64,000 bases of DNA from Candidatus Hermodarchaeum yapensis (GTDB lineage: Archaea; Asgardarchaeota; Hermodarchaeia; Hermodarchaeales; Hermodarchaeaceae), in the NCBI GenBank assembly GCA_016840405.1, contig JAEOSK010000009.1, positions 1 through 64,000 on the forward strand. Reading direction: 5' to 3'. The first letter of the stretch is position 1. Every line of letters begins with the position of its first letter. The notes under the pieces are model-generated. The model saw only the letters and a list, made by a program, of their open reading frames with translations. It made no database searches and was not told the origin of the DNA. A program made the position numbers and the translations under genes. Below are positions 40,208 to 50,125 of the stretch, piece after piece.

Positions 40208-42532
40208 ATGACTAATATTCAACAAGCAGAAATTCGTGTTGTCGGCGTTGTACAGGGAATTGGCTTCCGTCCATTTATCTATGCCCAAGCCACACAACGT
40301 AATTTGTTAGGATACGTTTTGAATACTGGAAATTCTGCTGTTTTGATAGTTGTAGAAGGCGATAAAAAGAAAATTATTGAATTCATTGAATCCATTGAAA
40401 AAGATAAACCATATCTTGCCGTAATTGACAGCATCCGCACAATATGGGGAACCCCAACCGGGAAATATACAAACTTTCAGATTCGAATTTCGAAGGACGA
40501 ACAAAAGGCGGGCGGTTCAGTAATTCCCGCTGATATTGCCGTTTGCGAAGATTGTATTAGAGACATGGCTAGTCCGAAGTCGAGACATTATCAATATCCA
40601 ATGACTTGTTGTGCTATTTGTGGTCCACGCTACACAACAATTACCAACACACCCTATGACCGAGAACGAACAACTATGAACGAGTTCCCCCTCTGCAAAG
40701 ATTGCGCAACAGAGTTCGACAATCCATTAGACCGCCGATACAACGCCCAAACCATTTGTTGCCCAATCTGTGGTCCCAAATTTTCACTATTAGAATCTGG
40801 TGGAGTATCCGTTATTGTCGATGACGTTTTCAAAGAAACGGTGAAGCTTCTGAACGAAGGAGCCATTATTGCCGTAAAAGGCTTAGGGGGTATACATCTT
40901 GCAGTTAGAGCTAATCTTGAAGAACCAACTCAACGACTTCGACAATTACGGAAAAAACCCAATAAACCCCTGGCCATAATGTCAACAAATCTCAAAGATA
41001 TTCGACAGTATGCAAAAGTAAATCAAGATGAAGAAAAGCTCTTGACCTCTTGGCGTCGACCGATAGTAGTCTTGGATCAAAAATCTCCTTTCCCACTATC
41101 CCCAGCACTAGCACCTGGATTGAATACAATTGGCGTAATGCTTCCTTATTCAGGAATCTATTTGCGATTATTTGAAGGCCTTGATGATCTCGCATTAGTG
41201 ATGACAAGCGCAAATCCTGTGGGATTACCGACCCTCATCCATGCAACCACCTTCCAAGAACAATTCATGAAAATGGCTGACTACTTCCTCACTCATGATC
41301 GTACTATATACCAACGATGTGATGACTCGGTTGTCATTCCAATTTATGACCAAGCACTTATTGTCCGTCGTTCAAGAGGCTATACTCCTGAACCTATTGA
41401 TACTGCCGATATTGGACCTCCAATTCTCGCTCTTGGAGCAATGGAAAAAAACACAGGAGCAATTTACCACAATAAACGAATCTATCTTACACAGCACATT
41501 GGCGATATTGATACAGTAGAGACAATGCAGTTCCTTCAAGAAAGCCTCACACATCTCCAACAACTTCTTCGAGTAAATACCTTTGATGCTATTGCCTGCG
41601 ATTTACATCCTGATTTTCTCACAACTCAATATGGCGAAAAGATATCTGATGAACACCAAGTTCCCCTTATCCGGGTACAACACCACCACGCACACCTTGC
41701 GGCACTATTAGCTGATCACCAACTCAAAGCGGATGAAGAAATCGTCGCTATCTGTTGCGATGGCGCAGGGTACGGTCCTGATGATACAATTTGGGGAGGC
41801 GAAATCCTCGTAGGTAACGCACAAAAGTACAAACGTGTAGGTCATCTGGAACAACAGCTCATGCCCGGTGGAGATCTTGCTGCTCGTTACCCGCTCCGTA
41901 TGCTCATCGGTATTCTGTCAAGGCATTATTCACAGGATCAATTATATGATCATTTCAAAGAAATTGCCACAAACACCTTACCACAAGGCACATCAGAATT
42001 GAGAATAGCACTCAAACAAGCGTACCAGAAAATCAATGCTCCGTTGACATCAAGTACAGGAAGAGTACTAGATTCACTTGCTGCACTCTTCCAAGTATGC
42101 TATACACGTTCATACGAAGGTGAGCCTGCCATCCGATTCGAGTCTTTTGCAAATTCGGGCTCAGCCAACTCCAAAATTAAATTACAGATTCCCAAGAACA
42201 GACAAGGTAACTTAACAATCTTAGATACTAGCAGCTTCATTAAGCAAATTATGGACTTGCAATCCGACTTTAAGACTCCGGATCTGGCATATGCTGCACA
42301 TCGCGCGCTTGGGTATGCATTGGCTGACACTGCTATTCAAGCAGCACAAAAACAAGGAATATCGAAAATCGGGTTTTCCGGAGGAGTTGCATACAACAAG
42401 ATTCTCACAAGAACTATACGAACAAATATTGAAGACCAAGGTCTTACGTTCCTAATGCACAACAAAGTTCCACCTGGTGACGCAGGAACATCTGTGGGTC
42501 AGGCTCTTGTAGCACGATCCATGATACAATAA
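40208..42532 (+). CDS. hypF: Carbamoyltransferase HypF
   Basis: GVVQGIGFRPF, CxxC zinc fingers, CDLHP, QHHHAH, PPGDAG. Confidence 0.95.
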   Translation: MTNIQQAEIRVVGVVQGIGFRPFIYAQATQRNLLGYVLNTGNSAVLIVVEGDKKKIIEFIESIEKDKPYLAVIDSIRTIWGTPTGKYTNFQIRISKDEQKAGGSVIPADIAVCEDCIRDMASPKSRHYQYPMTCCAICGPRYTTITNTPYDRERTTMNEFPLCKDCATEFDNPLDRRYNAQTICCPICGPKFSLLESGGVSVIVDDVFKETVKLLNEGAIIAVKGLGGIHLAVRANLEEPTQRLRQLRKKPNKPLAIMSTNLKDIRQYAKVNQDEEKLLTSWRRPIVVLDQKSPFPLSPALAPGLNTIGVMLPYSGIYLRLFEGLDDLALVMTSANPVGLPTLIHATTFQEQFMKMADYFLTHDRTIYQRCDDSVVIPIYDQALIVRRSRGYTPEPIDTADIGPPILALGAMEKNTGAIYHNKRIYLTQHIGDIDTVETMQFLQESLTHLQQLLRVNTFDAIACDLHPDFLTTQYGEKISDEHQVPLIRVQHHHAHLAALLADHQLKADEEIVAICCDGAGYGPDDTIWGGEILVGNAQKYKRVGHLEQQLMPGGDLAARYPLRMLIGILSRHYSQDQLYDHFKEIATNTLPQGTSELRIALKQAYQKINAPLTSSTGRVLDSLAALFQVCYTRSYEGEPAIRFESFANSGSANSKIKLQIPKNRQGNLTILDTSSFIKQIMDLQSDFKTPDLAYAAHRALGYALADTAIQAAQKQGISKIGFSGGVAYNKILTRTIRTNIEDQGLTFLMHNKVPPGDAGTSVGQALVARSMIQ

Positions 42533-42668
42533 GCATATTCAACAGTAGTTCGCTATTTTTCCACATTCTGAAACTCATTTATTTCATTGAATTCATTAAG
42601 TTCCAGTGGAAATTATCCACAACTAATATAAATAACCGTAAATTATCTAGACGTAGAGTTGTGGTATT

Positions 42669-42962
42669 ATGGCTGCTACCCGAACCACCCAACGAACACC
42701 CCACAGTACTCAAAAAACGAAACAACGTACCCGAACAACTACCCGTCCACCTGAGCCAGGCGACGTCAAAAGTCATATTACTAGCCTACTCCGAGATCAA
42801 GGTGCCTTAACGCGGGGAGAGATTACCGTCAGGACAGGGATCCCAAGAACAACTGTCTATGATACTCTAATGAATTTACTGATTTCCGGAACTGTTGAGA
42901 AGTATGTTGAACGAAACGGTAAGCGTGGTAGGCCCTCTGTATACTATCAACTGGTAGCTTAG
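42669..42962 (+). CDS. TrmB-like winged HTH protein
   Basis: 'TGIPRTTVYDTL' and 'RGRP' wing. Confidence 0.75.
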   Translation: MAATRTTQRTPHSTQKTKQRTRTTTRPPEPGDVKSHITSLLRDQGALTRGEITVRTGIPRTTVYDTLMNLLISGTVEKYVERNGKRGRPSVYYQLVA

Positions 42963-43335
42963 GAGACTAGGTATACCCCTTAATTTCCACTGGAACTGCT
43001 TTTTAGTCGGATTTTTTGTTACCCTTTCAAATAAGTGGAAAATGCGCAAAAACAACTTCTATACTATTAAAGAAAACGTGTTAGAGAAGGTAAACTATTA
43101 ATATAACAATAGTAGAAAACTACTGGGGAAGATTCTTCGAATTATATAAAAACAAGACCAAACTTTCTTTGTTCTTCGACTTCCAGTGGAAACAAAGGGG
43201 AGTGACAATTGATTCTATTTTTCCATTGATCTCTGAGGCCTTGTTACTTTGCCAATAGTAGATTAATTTTTTAAAGTTTATAACTATAGTTCATAATTTT
43301 TTTCCTATGAAATAAAAAGTTTGAAAGAAACTGTT

Positions 43336-43806
43336 TTAGACTTTTGTGGCCAGGATAGCTGCAATCTCTTCTGTTAAATCTTCGATTTTAACTCGATACT
43401 CGCGTTGGGCAGCTGATCCACGACGTGTAAGAGTGCCATTGTCATGCATTCTTTTAAGGTATTGTGAGGCGGTGGCTAGTCGTAGGGGTGGGTGAAAGGT
43501 TCTTTCATAGAGTTCTTGGATATCTTTGGAAGTGAACCATCCGTGACGACAGTGGCGAAGAGTGATATAGCGGACTTTTTGAAACACGGTCCAGGAATCC
43601 ACATCAGCTAGGGGTTGTATCTCAGTTGTGGGTTCGTGGGCTGGAACCTCGGTGCCGGATTGACTGAGGGCTGTGACCAGAGATTCGGTGATGGAAGAGG
43701 GTAATCCGTCTGTAAAAGTGATAGTTACGTCACAGGTTTTTCCTTCGATGGTAAGTCCTTCGATGGTAATCTTTTGTTTACGTTTTTTCATGGGAGGCTC
43801 ACCCAC
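43336..43806 (-). CDS. Winged HTH protein
   Basis: 'WFTSKDIQELY...LATASQYLKRM...G.L.R.G...REY'. Confidence 0.75.
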   Translation of the reverse strand: MGEPPMKKRKQKITIEGLTIEGKTCDVTITFTDGLPSSITESLVTALSQSGTEVPAHEPTTEIQPLADVDSWTVFQKVRYITLRHCRHGWFTSKDIQELYERTFHPPLRLATASQYLKRMHDNGTLTRRGSAAQREYRVKIEDLTEEIAAILATKV

Positions 43807-44362
43807 TGGTGACTAGCTGGCTCTCCATGTCCCCACTAGAGAGGCGTGTTCACAGTGATAAAAGTGTGACGGTGTGAAGAGTGGTTGTATTGTAGCACTG
43901 ATTATTTGCATGGTGCTGCTTACTTCTGTTGTATAATAAGCTAAAGCGTTCTTCTGCTTGTTCTGGTGTGTTATGAAAAATAAGGTGTCTCCGGTGTTCT
44001 TTTTACCTTTCAAGGATTTTCTCCATAGCCCGAGTGTGTTCACAGATTCTTCACGTGTTGATAATAATTTCTAAGAATCTAAGGCTTTATTGGATAGTTC
44101 CAGTGGAAACAAAGGGGTGAGTCTTTGTTGATTTGAAAATATACTAAATTTGGCTGTTTTTAAAAGAAAAAAGTGTTCTAAATCAGTTTATGATATTGAG
44201 AGTTCACAATTAACGCGCCAATTGTGAACAAATTAAACCTTGTTTATTGAAGAAGATAGTTAATAAGAGTTATTTCTGCGAAACCCTAATATTGGAGGTG
44301 CGTGCACTTCCAAAAGAAACGCTAGTATTTCCTATGGGAGCATTCTGGAGGAAATCTATTAA

Positions 44363-45598
44363 ATGGACGACCCACGGCCTTTGGACAGGATTTTTGAACG
44401 TTTTAGTACTGGCCCAACTCTTATTCGTGATCGTAAAGTTCTTTGGCATTCATATGTTCCAGATGACCTTCCACATCGTGAGGAACAGATTACACAAATC
44501 GGAAGCATATTAGCGACGGGGTTGAAAGGGAGTCGTCCATCAAACGTTTTTGTTTATGGTAAACCGGGAACTGGAAAAACAGCAGTGACTCGGTATGTTC
44601 TTCGGGAACTAACTACTAAGTTTGGTGAACTACAGTTACCCTTCAAAGCTGTGTATTTGAATTGCCGGAATGTGGATACAGATTATCGTGTATTGGCGCG
44701 CATCTGTGCGGAGTTGGGTCAGAAAGTTCCGTTTACAGGGCTGCCAACTGATGAAGTTCATTCACGCTTGGTCGAGTTGCTAGAAAGCCAAGATCTCTTA
44801 ACCATTATTGTACTCGATGAAATCGACCGTTTAGTTTTGAAGAGCGGAGATGACACGCTCTATAAGTTGACTCGAATTAATTATGATCTTACGAGTGCTC
44901 GTGTCAGTTTGATTGGAATATCCAACGATCTTCGCTTCCCTGAGTATCTTGACCCTCGGGTGTTGAGTAGCTTAAGTGAGGAGAAGGTCATTTTTCATCC
45001 TTACACCGCATTACAGCTACAAGATATTCTTCGGCGTCGAAGTTCTCATGGACTGAAAAATGGTATTTTAGAAGAACCAGGAGTAATCAACCTATGTGCT
45101 GCTTTGGCTGCACGTGAAGAAGGTGACGCACGACGGGCTCTTGATCTCTTTCGTGTAGCAGTAGAAATTGCTGAACGTGAGGGAAGTAAAGAGGTAAAAG
45201 TTGACCATGTTGAAAAGGCACGTTTAAGCATTGAACGTGATACTGTTCTTGAAGTACTAAGGACATTACCCGTGCAACAGAAACTTGTTCTTTATGCGGT
45301 GTATGTATTAGAACGTCATAAACATCCACATCCAGTTACAGGAGAGGTGCAAGATGTGTACGGTGAATTTTGTTCGCAGTTGGGTATGGATCCTTTAACC
45401 CAGCGTCGGGTTAGCGATCTCATCAATGATCTTGATGCCATTGGAGTAGTTAATGCTAAGGTTGTAAGTAAAGGACGATATGGACGAACCAAAATTATCC
45501 GGTTGAGTGTCCCGAAAACAATGATTGCAGATGTATTAGAACGAGATAGTCGAATTAAGGCGCTATCAAGTTATGTTCCAGCAACCCCGGGTAAATAG
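44363..45598 (+). CDS. cdc6: Orc1/Cdc6 replication initiator (origin-associated)
   Basis: YVPDDLPHRE, GKPGTGKT, LDEID, GDARRA, SKGRYGRT. Confidence 0.96.
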   Translation: MDDPRPLDRIFERFSTGPTLIRDRKVLWHSYVPDDLPHREEQITQIGSILATGLKGSRPSNVFVYGKPGTGKTAVTRYVLRELTTKFGELQLPFKAVYLNCRNVDTDYRVLARICAELGQKVPFTGLPTDEVHSRLVELLESQDLLTIIVLDEIDRLVLKSGDDTLYKLTRINYDLTSARVSLIGISNDLRFPEYLDPRVLSSLSEEKVIFHPYTALQLQDILRRRSSHGLKNGILEEPGVINLCAALAAREEGDARRALDLFRVAVEIAEREGSKEVKVDHVEKARLSIERDTVLEVLRTLPVQQKLVLYAVYVLERHKHPHPVTGEVQDVYGEFCSQLGMDPLTQRRVSDLINDLDAIGVVNAKVVSKGRYGRTKIIRLSVPKTMIADVLERDSRIKALSSYVPATPGK

Positions 45599-45620
45599 AA
45601 CCGCGTTAAAGGTTGTCAGT

Positions 45621-46199
45621 ATGTTTAGTGTACCACGTAATCCAGTTGGCCTTGTGGATTATGCACTTCGTGCTCTCGGTAAAGATCATGTACCAATTCA
45701 ACAGCTAGTATTCTTTCTTTCCTTTGATATCCGGCAGATGGCTCCTTCGCAGGCACTTAAACTTATTAAACGCCTTCAATCTGAAGGGCAGATAAGTATC
45801 GAAAACGGTTTGGTAAAAGTGTCTCATGAAATGGTGGTTGATACCGAAATCCCCACTCAGACAGCTTCAACAAATTTGGGTGAGCATCTACGATTATTTG
45901 TTAGCTCATCCCGTTTATCTCGTGCAGTGGGAATGAACAATCAAGCCATTGAATTCATCCGCGTGTCTCAAAATCCATTGAAAGTGGAGGCCACGGTTCA
46001 TGGATCTCAAGATTATATTCTCATCCTTGATGAAGCTAGCCGACGGATAGCTCATAATTGCCCTGACTGGCGAAAAGTCAGTTTGCTTCATCGATTCTGC
46101 AAACACGTGGCGAAATTATTCTTGATTTTAGAAAAGGAAGAATCTATTCGACTTCTCCAGTCGTTGCAGGTGGAATCGTGGGAATTCGAACAACTCTAA
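45621..46199 (+). CDS. SWIM zinc-finger protein
   Basis: HNCPDW...FCKH. Confidence 0.75.
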   Translation: MFSVPRNPVGLVDYALRALGKDHVPIQQLVFFLSFDIRQMAPSQALKLIKRLQSEGQISIENGLVKVSHEMVVDTEIPTQTASTNLGEHLRLFVSSSRLSRAVGMNNQAIEFIRVSQNPLKVEATVHGSQDYILILDEASRRIAHNCPDWRKVSLLHRFCKHVAKLFLILEKEESIRLLQSLQVESWEFEQL

Positions 46200-47746
46200 G
46201 TAAAATTCAGTGTTTTCACATTGAGGGTTTGTAGGTTTACAAGAGGGACGATTCCCGGTGTAGGTTCTACACCTATCAATCGTTGATAATCTGTTTGGCT
46301 TTGAAAGGTTCCCGAATTAAGAATTAGGGTTTTTCGGTAACTGCCCACGCTAGTTACATGGACATGACCACAATGAAGAATATCTGGTACTTCATCAATG
46401 ACGAGCCAATCTCGCGGCTCAGCTACAATGGTTGTACTCTTCCCATATATGGGAGCAAGATGTCTCCCACGGAGCATCTCTCTCATTGCAGCAAAACTTG
46501 CTTCTAACTCGGGTCTCGAAAGTGCAGCCATTATGTCGACAAGGCTGTCCCCATGGTAAATCAATAAATTCACATCATGAAGGCTCACTTGCGAAGGACA
46601 ACCAAGAGACGTTATTTGTAATCCCGTATCTTTCAACGAAGCGAGAAAGCGATCTTCTATTGCTGGTCTTGGAATAGCCAACCGAACCCCATCATGATTC
46701 CCCGGGGCAATGAGGAGATGCATGTGAGAAGGAATTTGTTGGAGAAGTTTGTTAAGACCGTCAAATTGACTATCAAGATCGAAAAGTGTAATTTCTGCAA
46801 TTTGATTTGGGTACACTCCGATTCCGTCTACAAGGTCACCATTAATGACAATATATTTTACCGTGCTAGCCAACTCGACGTGTTCTTCATCGCCTTCATT
46901 TCCTTGAAGCCAATCTAGTACCCGTTGAAAAATCTTGTCGAGAAAATTCCGGCTCCCAAAATGAATATCAGACAGCAGCAGGGCACTTACAGGTTCATTT
47001 GCTCGATTATTTTTTCGATTCGAGGGAATATCTGGTAAAAAGAGATCCTTAGCAATCATCATCTCCGAACTCACTAAGGCTCCCTCAACACACAGTGCCT
47101 GATCGAGTAGCACAAGACGTGCCTTTGAAAATAAGTTCGGATCACGTTGTTGGACAATTACAGAGATGCGTCCTGTGGGGTCTTCTAATTCCAACGCAAT
47201 ATTTCCACTCTTTGTTGTATTTTTACTGGTGATTAATCCTACAATCTTTACAGTCGCTACTTTCCCCTTTTCTTGGATATTATTTCCCTCTGCTACGTCA
47301 TTGATATCTATGACACCTTTTCCATCCACCCGTTGTGAGATGATGTCTCGTAAACGATAATACCGATCTCGGAAATTTGAAACGAAATCTTCTACTGTCC
47401 CCTTACTCTGCAATTGGGGTGTTGGGTCTTTTCTGATTTTTATTCTTGTTTTTACTCCCTCTGCTTGGAATCTAGGGTGTGTAAGTTGAGGGGTTTGGGA
47501 ATCTTGCAGAAGTTCTTCTTGTGTTGGTTCTTGTGGTTTCTCTTTGGGTAGGTCAAAATGAATTGGTTCGAGAACGGGTGTGTCATTAGGGTGTACTATG
47601 TCAGAGGCTAGAAACTTATCGACAATCTGTTGGGGGTTGGATGCGGTTTGGAGCATTTGTAATGTCGCTGGGCTGACTTGAAAGCCCGCTCTAAGCAGTT
47701 TTGTAATAGCGGTTTGAACATCAGAGTCTTCTACTGACAAACTCAT
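46196..47746 (-). CDS. polB: DNA polymerase D small (exonuclease) subunit DP1
   Basis: OB fold; SDIH, GDLVDG, PGNHD, HG, GHVH and NSGTFQ phosphoesterase motifs. Confidence 0.95.
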   Translation of the reverse strand: MSLSVEDSDVQTAITKLLRAGFQVSPATLQMLQTASNPQQIVDKFLASDIVHPNDTPVLEPIHFDLPKEKPQEPTQEELLQDSQTPQLTHPRFQAEGVKTRIKIRKDPTPQLQSKGTVEDFVSNFRDRYYRLRDIISQRVDGKGVIDINDVAEGNNIQEKGKVATVKIVGLITSKNTTKSGNIALELEDPTGRISVIVQQRDPNLFSKARLVLLDQALCVEGALVSSEMMIAKDLFLPDIPSNRKNNRANEPVSALLLSDIHFGSRNFLDKIFQRVLDWLQGNEGDEEHVELASTVKYIVINGDLVDGIGVYPNQIAEITLFDLDSQFDGLNKLLQQIPSHMHLLIAPGNHDGVRLAIPRPAIEDRFLASLKDTGLQITSLGCPSQVSLHDVNLLIYHGDSLVDIMAALSRPELEASFAAMREMLRGRHLAPIYGKSTTIVAEPRDWLVIDEVPDILHCGHVHVTSVGSYRKTLILNSGTFQSQTDYQRLIGVEPTPGIVPLVNLQTLNVKTLNFT

Positions 47747-47961
47747 TCGCCAAACAAGCCTATGTCACTATTGCTTTTCTAAAATTCGGTTGTAAATCTG
47801 GCTATAAATGCAAATGTGTACCCATTTCAGTGCTAATTCTTAATAAAAAATAAACAAAGAGTAGCTAAAATTAAACCATTTTTTGCATGTCATTTTTTTG
47901 GTTTAAAGGGGGTTCTGAAATTGACTCATTAAATCACACAAATTTTGGAGGTATTCAATTA

Positions 47962-48000
47962 ATGAGTTACCCACGAATTCGTCCTTTACCAGGTAATTAA
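47962..48000 (+). CDS. 12-aa peptide MSYPRIRPLPGN (not in ORF track)
   Basis: SD GGAGGT 47947-47952 with 9-nt spacer; TTTAAA upstream; terminator downstream; homologous to the 49939-49977 peptide. Confidence 0.75.
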   Translation: MSYPRIRPLPGN

Positions 48001-48002
48001 AT

Positions 48003-48032
48003 TGAAGGCATTAATGCCTTCACCCTCTTTTT
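48003..48032 (+). terminator. Hairpin plus T-tract after peptide gene 1
   Basis: TGAAGGCAT-TA-ATGCCTTCA followed by CCCTCTTTTT. Confidence 0.65.
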
Positions 48033-48042
48033 GATGGGGAAA

Positions 48043-49773
48043 TTACGGTAAAGTGTGAGGTCCCCATTTCCATTTACCATTTATAAAATCATAATTCGAA
48101 GAATTTAGTGGCGGCTCAAAATCCGTTAATGTCTGCCATGCTGGATTAATACTAATGTGTGCGTTTAGCCCCATTTCTATTATTGTCTCTCTCATCGTCG
48201 AAAGTGTATCAACAGCGCTTTGATTTGGAACACAGATGTGAACATGTCCATTTCCGTTTTCGACGATTCTTCCACTAATCAATGGGAATAGTTGTAATGC
48301 TCTCATTATTGACTCGGTTGTTTCCTTAGGTTCAAAGATTAGAAGATGAATCGTTGTATTGAGATCGATGTGCTGTAACCAGAAATTTCCAGGGATGCCG
48401 ATCTGTTGTTTTTCGAGTTTTTGTACACGTCTTCGATAACGCATGTGACTTGTTTCTAAGAGACCTGCTTTACGAACTTCTTGAGATGGTCGAGGTGTTA
48501 CCCGTTCGGTTGTTCGGAACATTTCAGACGAGCGCCCAAAATATGTAAAGTCCTCTTGACGTAGCTTAATTGGGAATGTTTGATGTTGTTTAAGTAGATC
48601 ATAAGAATAGCTGTGGCTTTTCAGTGGTGGTAACGAGAAGCCGTGGTTTCCAAGTATTAATGATTGAAATTGATTAAGTTGAATTGAAAAATCGGTGGGC
48701 CATCCTTGTTCCGGAATATATGTTCTGAAATTCCAAGTAAAAGATTGATGTATAACTTTGTATACCCCAATTGGAGCTAGATTTTCTTTAGCTCTTATTG
48801 CATAAATCCAGCTCTTAAATTCGTCCACCCGATTATATGGTATGACGAATCTGGATATCAAGAATTGTTTGGTATCGATGATGAAGTCAATATAAGGGGT
48901 TTTTGATAGTAATGTCATGATTCTTCTTTTTTGCTTCATGTCAGAAACTTGAAGTTTAATCTCTAAAGGAATTAGTCCCAGCAAAGGAAGATTAATGAAT
49001 GAAAAAATTCTGAGCAATTGTCTTTGGGATAATCTATTGAGGGCTTGACTAATTGCAGAATCGCTAAGATTCAATATCTTGGCTAATTGACTCTGAGAGA
49101 AGTGATCAATTGTACAAAGTGCGTTGAGAATACGTAATTCGGTTTTATTTAGAGGGTTATGGGTTTCCTGCATCCATCTCTCCAAGGCAGCGGTATAGGT
49201 GGATGAAGAGAGCGGCTGGAAGCTGCTTGGGCGAATCGAGTTCAGCCAAAACAGGACGCGGTGAAGAAATAAATCACTAACAACTTGGTCAAAGATTGGA
49301 AACCCGAAAGGCGCATCATAGTTGTAATATAAATGGTATTGTGTTGGGGACACACGAGCCCACAATTCAAATATTTGTTTCTTTTCTTCGGTGTTATATT
49401 CACCAAATTTTAAACCTGCATAAAGACCCAAGTCCGCAGCTTCGTGAATTTGGCGTATATTAGGAACAAGGTAGCTGAGAAATGCCTCCCGCCACAAAAC
49501 CCATGACAAAACGTGGGGAGACGCGACTTTGAGATCTTCTGAAAGAGTTACAGTCCAACCACCTCGAGATCCTTCTTCGGAGGGTATTTCAGTAGTACCA
49601 AATCGAGGTCCTACAAATTTCAATGATTTTGGTACAAATTGTAATTGAGTAATTCGATCTCGAACTCGGGGTAAAGGTTTGATATTAACTAAAGTTGCAA
49701 GTCGCTTCTGTAACACCCGAAACTGGGACCAAATTGAATTGGTATTAACCCGAGAAATGGTCAACCCATCCAC
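48043..49773 (-). CDS. Multi-domain regulator (novel N-domain + HTH + Lrp/AsnC-like), paralog A
   Basis: GPRFG, LWREAF, ALERW; HTH 'SQSQLAKILNLSDSAISQAL'; ends NYDFINGKWKW. Confidence 0.8.
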   Translation of the reverse strand: MDGLTISRVNTNSIWSQFRVLQKRLATLVNIKPLPRVRDRITQLQFVPKSLKFVGPRFGTTEIPSEEGSRGGWTVTLSEDLKVASPHVLSWVLWREAFLSYLVPNIRQIHEAADLGLYAGLKFGEYNTEEKKQIFELWARVSPTQYHLYYNYDAPFGFPIFDQVVSDLFLHRVLFWLNSIRPSSFQPLSSSTYTAALERWMQETHNPLNKTELRILNALCTIDHFSQSQLAKILNLSDSAISQALNRLSQRQLLRIFSFINLPLLGLIPLEIKLQVSDMKQKRRIMTLLSKTPYIDFIIDTKQFLISRFVIPYNRVDEFKSWIYAIRAKENLAPIGVYKVIHQSFTWNFRTYIPEQGWPTDFSIQLNQFQSLILGNHGFSLPPLKSHSYSYDLLKQHQTFPIKLRQEDFTYFGRSSEMFRTTERVTPRPSQEVRKAGLLETSHMRYRRRVQKLEKQQIGIPGNFWLQHIDLNTTIHLLIFEPKETTESIMRALQLFPLISGRIVENGNGHVHICVPNQSAVDTLSTMRETIIEMGLNAHISINPAWQTLTDFEPPLNSSNYDFINGKWKWGPHTLP

Positions 49774-49835
49774 AGACAGTTTAGAATATCATAGGATAGC
49801 ACCTAATTCTACCTTCCGATATCCATGCAACAACA

Positions 49836-49875
49836 ATGAAAAAGAAAAAAGGAAGGAACCCAAAACCCGGGTTCC
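49836..49875 (-). terminator. Hairpin plus T-tract downstream of peptide gene 2
   Basis: Minus strand GGAACCC-GGGTTTT-GGGTTCC followed by TTCCTTTTTTCTTTTT. Confidence 0.6.
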
Positions 49876-49938
49876 AGGGCATCTAATTTCGGGGGCAAGG
49901 AACCTTGTGCCAGTTAATTCAGGTGATAATTAAACATT

Positions 49939-49977
49939 TTACGGATCCGGATAAGGTCGAATAGGGGGCCATTGCAT
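49939..49977 (-). CDS. 12-aa peptide MQWPPIRPYPDP (not in ORF track)
   Basis: SD GGAGGT (49987-49992) with 9-nt spacer; 6 of 12 residues identical to the 47962 peptide, same length. Confidence 0.75.
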   Translation of the reverse strand: MQWPPIRPYPDP

Positions 49978-50125
49978 GAGGGATTTACCTCCATAAACCT
50001 CTGAGACTATTGGCAGAGAAATTCCATAAAAATCCCTAAAGGAAAATACAAAAATTTGAATGAAAGAGAATCAAAAATGGCTTTTTCTTACATCCTGGAT
50101 TGTCACTTTTAGTGATTACTTATCA

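Larger units (their letters stand above)
34256..42600. repeat. Dispersed clusters of 9-bp-phased ATTGAA direct repeats (candidate centromere-like sites)
   Basis: Clusters at 34256/34265 (-), 36316/36325, 37665/37674 (-) plus 37686, 39488/39497, 40376/40385/40394, 42586/42595. Confidence 0.6.
42600..44117. other. Replication origin (oriC) with four ORB elements
   Basis: TTCCAGTGGAAA at 42601 (+), 42976-42996 (-), 43180-43200 (+) and 44097-44117 (+); three carry G-strings; AT-rich spacers; adjacent to cdc6. Confidence 0.88.

Noticed and set aside
43813-44513. ORFs 43813-44043 and 44247-44513
   Set aside because: Low-information ORFs in the origin region or out of frame over cdc6; no recognisable motifs
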